Positions 61,620 through 64,000 of a stretch of 64,000 bases of DNA are shown here, piece after piece. The first letter of the stretch is position 1, and the number at the start of each line of letters is the position of its first letter. The stretch spans positions 806,001 to 870,000 of the forward strand of contig CM068775.1 in assembly GCA_035084275.1 (NCBI GenBank), in the 5' to 3' direction. The notes beneath the pieces are model-generated. The model did no database searches. It saw only the letters and a program-made list of their open reading frames with translations, and had not been told where the DNA came from. The position numbers were made by a program, and so were the translations under genes. This stretch comes from Hydrolagus colliei. Its lineage: Eukaryota.

Positions 61620-61870
61620 ATCGGCGCCTCCCCCGTCACCGCGCGGACCCAGTGACGTCACACCCACAGCGGTGGCCGTTGGATTGGGCGGGAAATTTCA
61701 AAATGGGGTCTCCGCACCCGGACCCACCACCCCCTCGCCCCCCCGCCGCCCCCTGACCCCCCGCCCCTGACCCCCCCGCCCCGCTCCTCGAGCCGCACCA
61801 GCCTCACACCTGCCGGCGGCTCCAGACACAACAACAAAAACAACCGCGGGAGCAGCGCCGCCATCTTGTG
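61620..61870. promoter_or_regulatory. CpG-island promoter-like segment
   Basis: CRE TGACGTCA 61653-61660, ATTGG 61683, GGCGGGAAA followed by TTTCAAA (E2F/CHR-like) 61687-61702, GC boxes, YY1-like CAAGATGGCG on the minus strand. Confidence 0.55.
61808..61864 (-). other. Possible signal-peptide first exon (MAALLPRLFLLLCLEPPAG)
   Basis: ATG in AAGATGGCG context, hydrophobic core, donors G|gtgtga or GGT|gtgagg; downstream exons not identified. Confidence 0.4.
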
Positions 61871-62347
61871 ACAGTCTCCAGATAAAATGGGGGGGAGAGA
61901 GTGAGTGAGTGTGTGAGGGAGAGAGAGTGAGTGAGAGAAAGAGAGAGAGAGTGTGAGAGAGTGAGATGGAGAGCGAGTGGGAGTGAGAGCGAGAGAGAGG
62001 AGAGAGTGGGAGAGTGAGTGTGTGAGAGGGAGAGAGTGAAGGGGAATGAGAGACAGTGAGTGTCTGAAATACAGAAAGAAAGAGGGTGGGGGAGTGTGTG
62101 AGAGGGAGATAGACATTGATTCAATGAGAAATAGAGGGTGAGAGAGTGTAATGACATCCTCCCGAAGTGAAAGGCGCTATATAATTGCAATTTTGTTGTT
62201 GTTATCATGACAGGTGGAGAGAGTGAGAGAGAGAAAGGGAGAGTGTCTGAGATATGGCGAGTGTGTGAGAAAGGGTTTGAGAGAAGGGAGTGGGAGAAAG
62301 CCTTCAAAGGTTTCACACATCATGTGGGAAGCGCAGGTGATTCCTGG

Positions 62348-63182
62348 TGGGCAGACACATGGCAGATGAAGTTCAAAGCAGAGAAGTGTGAGGTGATGCA
62401 TTTTGGGAGAAGAAATGAAGGGAGGCAATATAGGCTAGATAGTACAATTTTAAATGGTGTGAAGGAACAGAGAGACCTGGGGATTTGTGTTAGTGACTCG
62501 TTGAAGGTGGCAGGACAGGTAGACAAGGCTGTTAAGAAGGCATATGGCATAAGGCTTTATAAATAGGGGTATAGAGTACAAAAGTGAGGAAGTGCTGACT
62601 AACCTCTATAAAACTTTGGTGAGGCCTCAGCTGGAATACTGTGTTCAATTCTGGTCACCACACTATAGAAAGTATGTGAAGACGTTGGAAAGGGTACAAA
62701 GAAGATTTACTAGGATGGTGCCAGGATTGAGGGACTTCAGCTATGAGGAGAGGCTAGATAGGCTAGGGTTATTCTCTCTGGAGCAGAGAAGATTGAGGGG
62801 AGACCTAATAGAGGTTTATAAGATCATGAGGGGTTTCGACAGGGCAAATAGAGAAAAACTATTTCAACTCGTGGGCGAATCTGTGACTCGTGGTCACAGA
62901 TTTAAAATAGTTTCAAGACGAAGTAGAGGGGAGCTGAGGAGAATTTTTTTCACTCAGCGAGTTGTTCGAATCTGGAATGCATTGCCTGAAAAGGTGGTGG
63001 AGGCTGATTCGATAACAACTTTTAAAAGGTAATTAGATCTTTATTTAGGGAGAACAGGTCTATTAGGCTATGGGGAGAGGGCAGGGCAGTGGGATTGAAT
63101 CGCTCTTTTCAAAGAGCCGGCACAGACTAGATGGGCCGAATGGCCTCCTTTTGTGCCGTACAATTCTATGAATCTATGAATC
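62348..63182 (+). mobile_element. Young CR1 3' portion
   Basis: Near-identical to 39845-40700; ctatgaatctatgaatct tail. Confidence 0.9.
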
Positions 63183-63590
63183 TATTTGTGAGGCAAGATT
63201 TGCCTCTAACAAATCCATGCTGTCTATCCTTTGTCTTTCTAACTGAAGATCTATCTTGTCCCTGATTATGGACTCTAGAAGTTTGCCCACTGCTGACTGT
63301 AGACTGACTGGCCTGTAGTTCCCAGGTGTGTCCTTACCCTTTTTAAACAGGGGAGTAACATTAGCAACTCTCCAGTCCTCTGGAACCACCCCTATGTCCA
63401 AGGAAGATTGAAAGATTGTGGCTAGAGTCTCTGCTATTTGCTCCCGTACTTCCCTTAGTAACCTAGGATGCATCCCATCCAGACCGGGTGACTTATATAC
63501 CTTGAGGGCCGTCAACCTTTTTAGTACTTCCTCTCTGTTTATACTAATCCTATTGATTTCTTCTACCCTCTCCTCCAATACTGCAGCATT
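63183..63590 (-). mobile_element. CR1 internal ORF2 fragment
   Basis: KSPGLDGMHPRLL...VPEDWRVANVTPLFKKG...NYRPVSL. Confidence 0.85.
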
Positions 63591-63614
63591 GGCTGCATCC
63601 TAAGACCACAGACC

Positions 63615-64000
63615 ATAAGAATTAAAAGCAGGAGTAGGCCATTTGGCCCTTCAAGCCTGCCCTGCCATTCAATAAGATCATGGCTGATCTTCTGACCTAA
63701 CTCTAATTACCTGCCCCATCCCTATATCTCCTAATCCCTCTATTTTTAAAAATCTATCAGTCTCAGCCTTGATAATGTTCAGGGACTGAGCATCCACAGC
63801 CTTCTGGGGTAGTGAATTCCATAAATTCTGAGTGAAGAAATGTTTCCTCAACTCTGTTCTAAAAGGCTGACTTAATTTTAAGAATGTGACCCCTGGTTAT
63901 AGATTCTCCTGCCAGAGGAAACAGTCCCTCAGTGTCTACTTTATCCATTCCTTTAAGAATCTTACATGTTTCAATAAGATCTACCCTCATTCTTCTGTAC
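63615..64000 (-). mobile_element. CR1 3' end
   Basis: cataagaa tail; homologous to 411-830. Confidence 0.8.

Overview
Vertebrate genomic DNA, most likely a cartilaginous fish. This is inferred from the shark-type IgH V/J and leader, the GPR139-like receptor and the CR1/L2/Deu-type SINE repertoire; the dominant SINE suggests a holocephalan. Host genes: (1) an IgH gene on the minus strand whose V, D and J are already joined in frame while the leader intron is retained (leader 6143-6098, VDJ 5984-5598), with no constant exon recognisable in the window; (2) an intact two-exon GPR139/142-like 7TM receptor (13700-13631 + 11784-10853, 333 aa); (3) a decaying tRNA cluster at 15.9-31.3 kb with one intact tRNA-Glu(TTC) and degenerate Asn, His x3, Ser, Ile, Pro and Val x2 copies; (4) pseudogene fragments of UQCC2, histone H2B, C2H2 zinc fingers and an intronless UGT; (5) an unrecognised small multi-exon gene repeated in tandem at 49.7-55 kb. 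Mobile elements: a 3'-truncated retrovirus-like provirus at 36.0-43.6 kb (LTR, tRNA-Ser PBS, gag, UGA, pro, RT, degenerate RNase H, second RNase H, integrase; lokiretrovirus/spuma-like) interrupted by a CR1; a Mag-type Gypsy whose LTR/PBS junction carries a Tx1-clade L1 with an 18-bp TSD; and many CR1, L2 and SINE fragments. Family names come from motif recognition and recall, not database searches. Repeat boundaries are approximate unless junctions are quoted.
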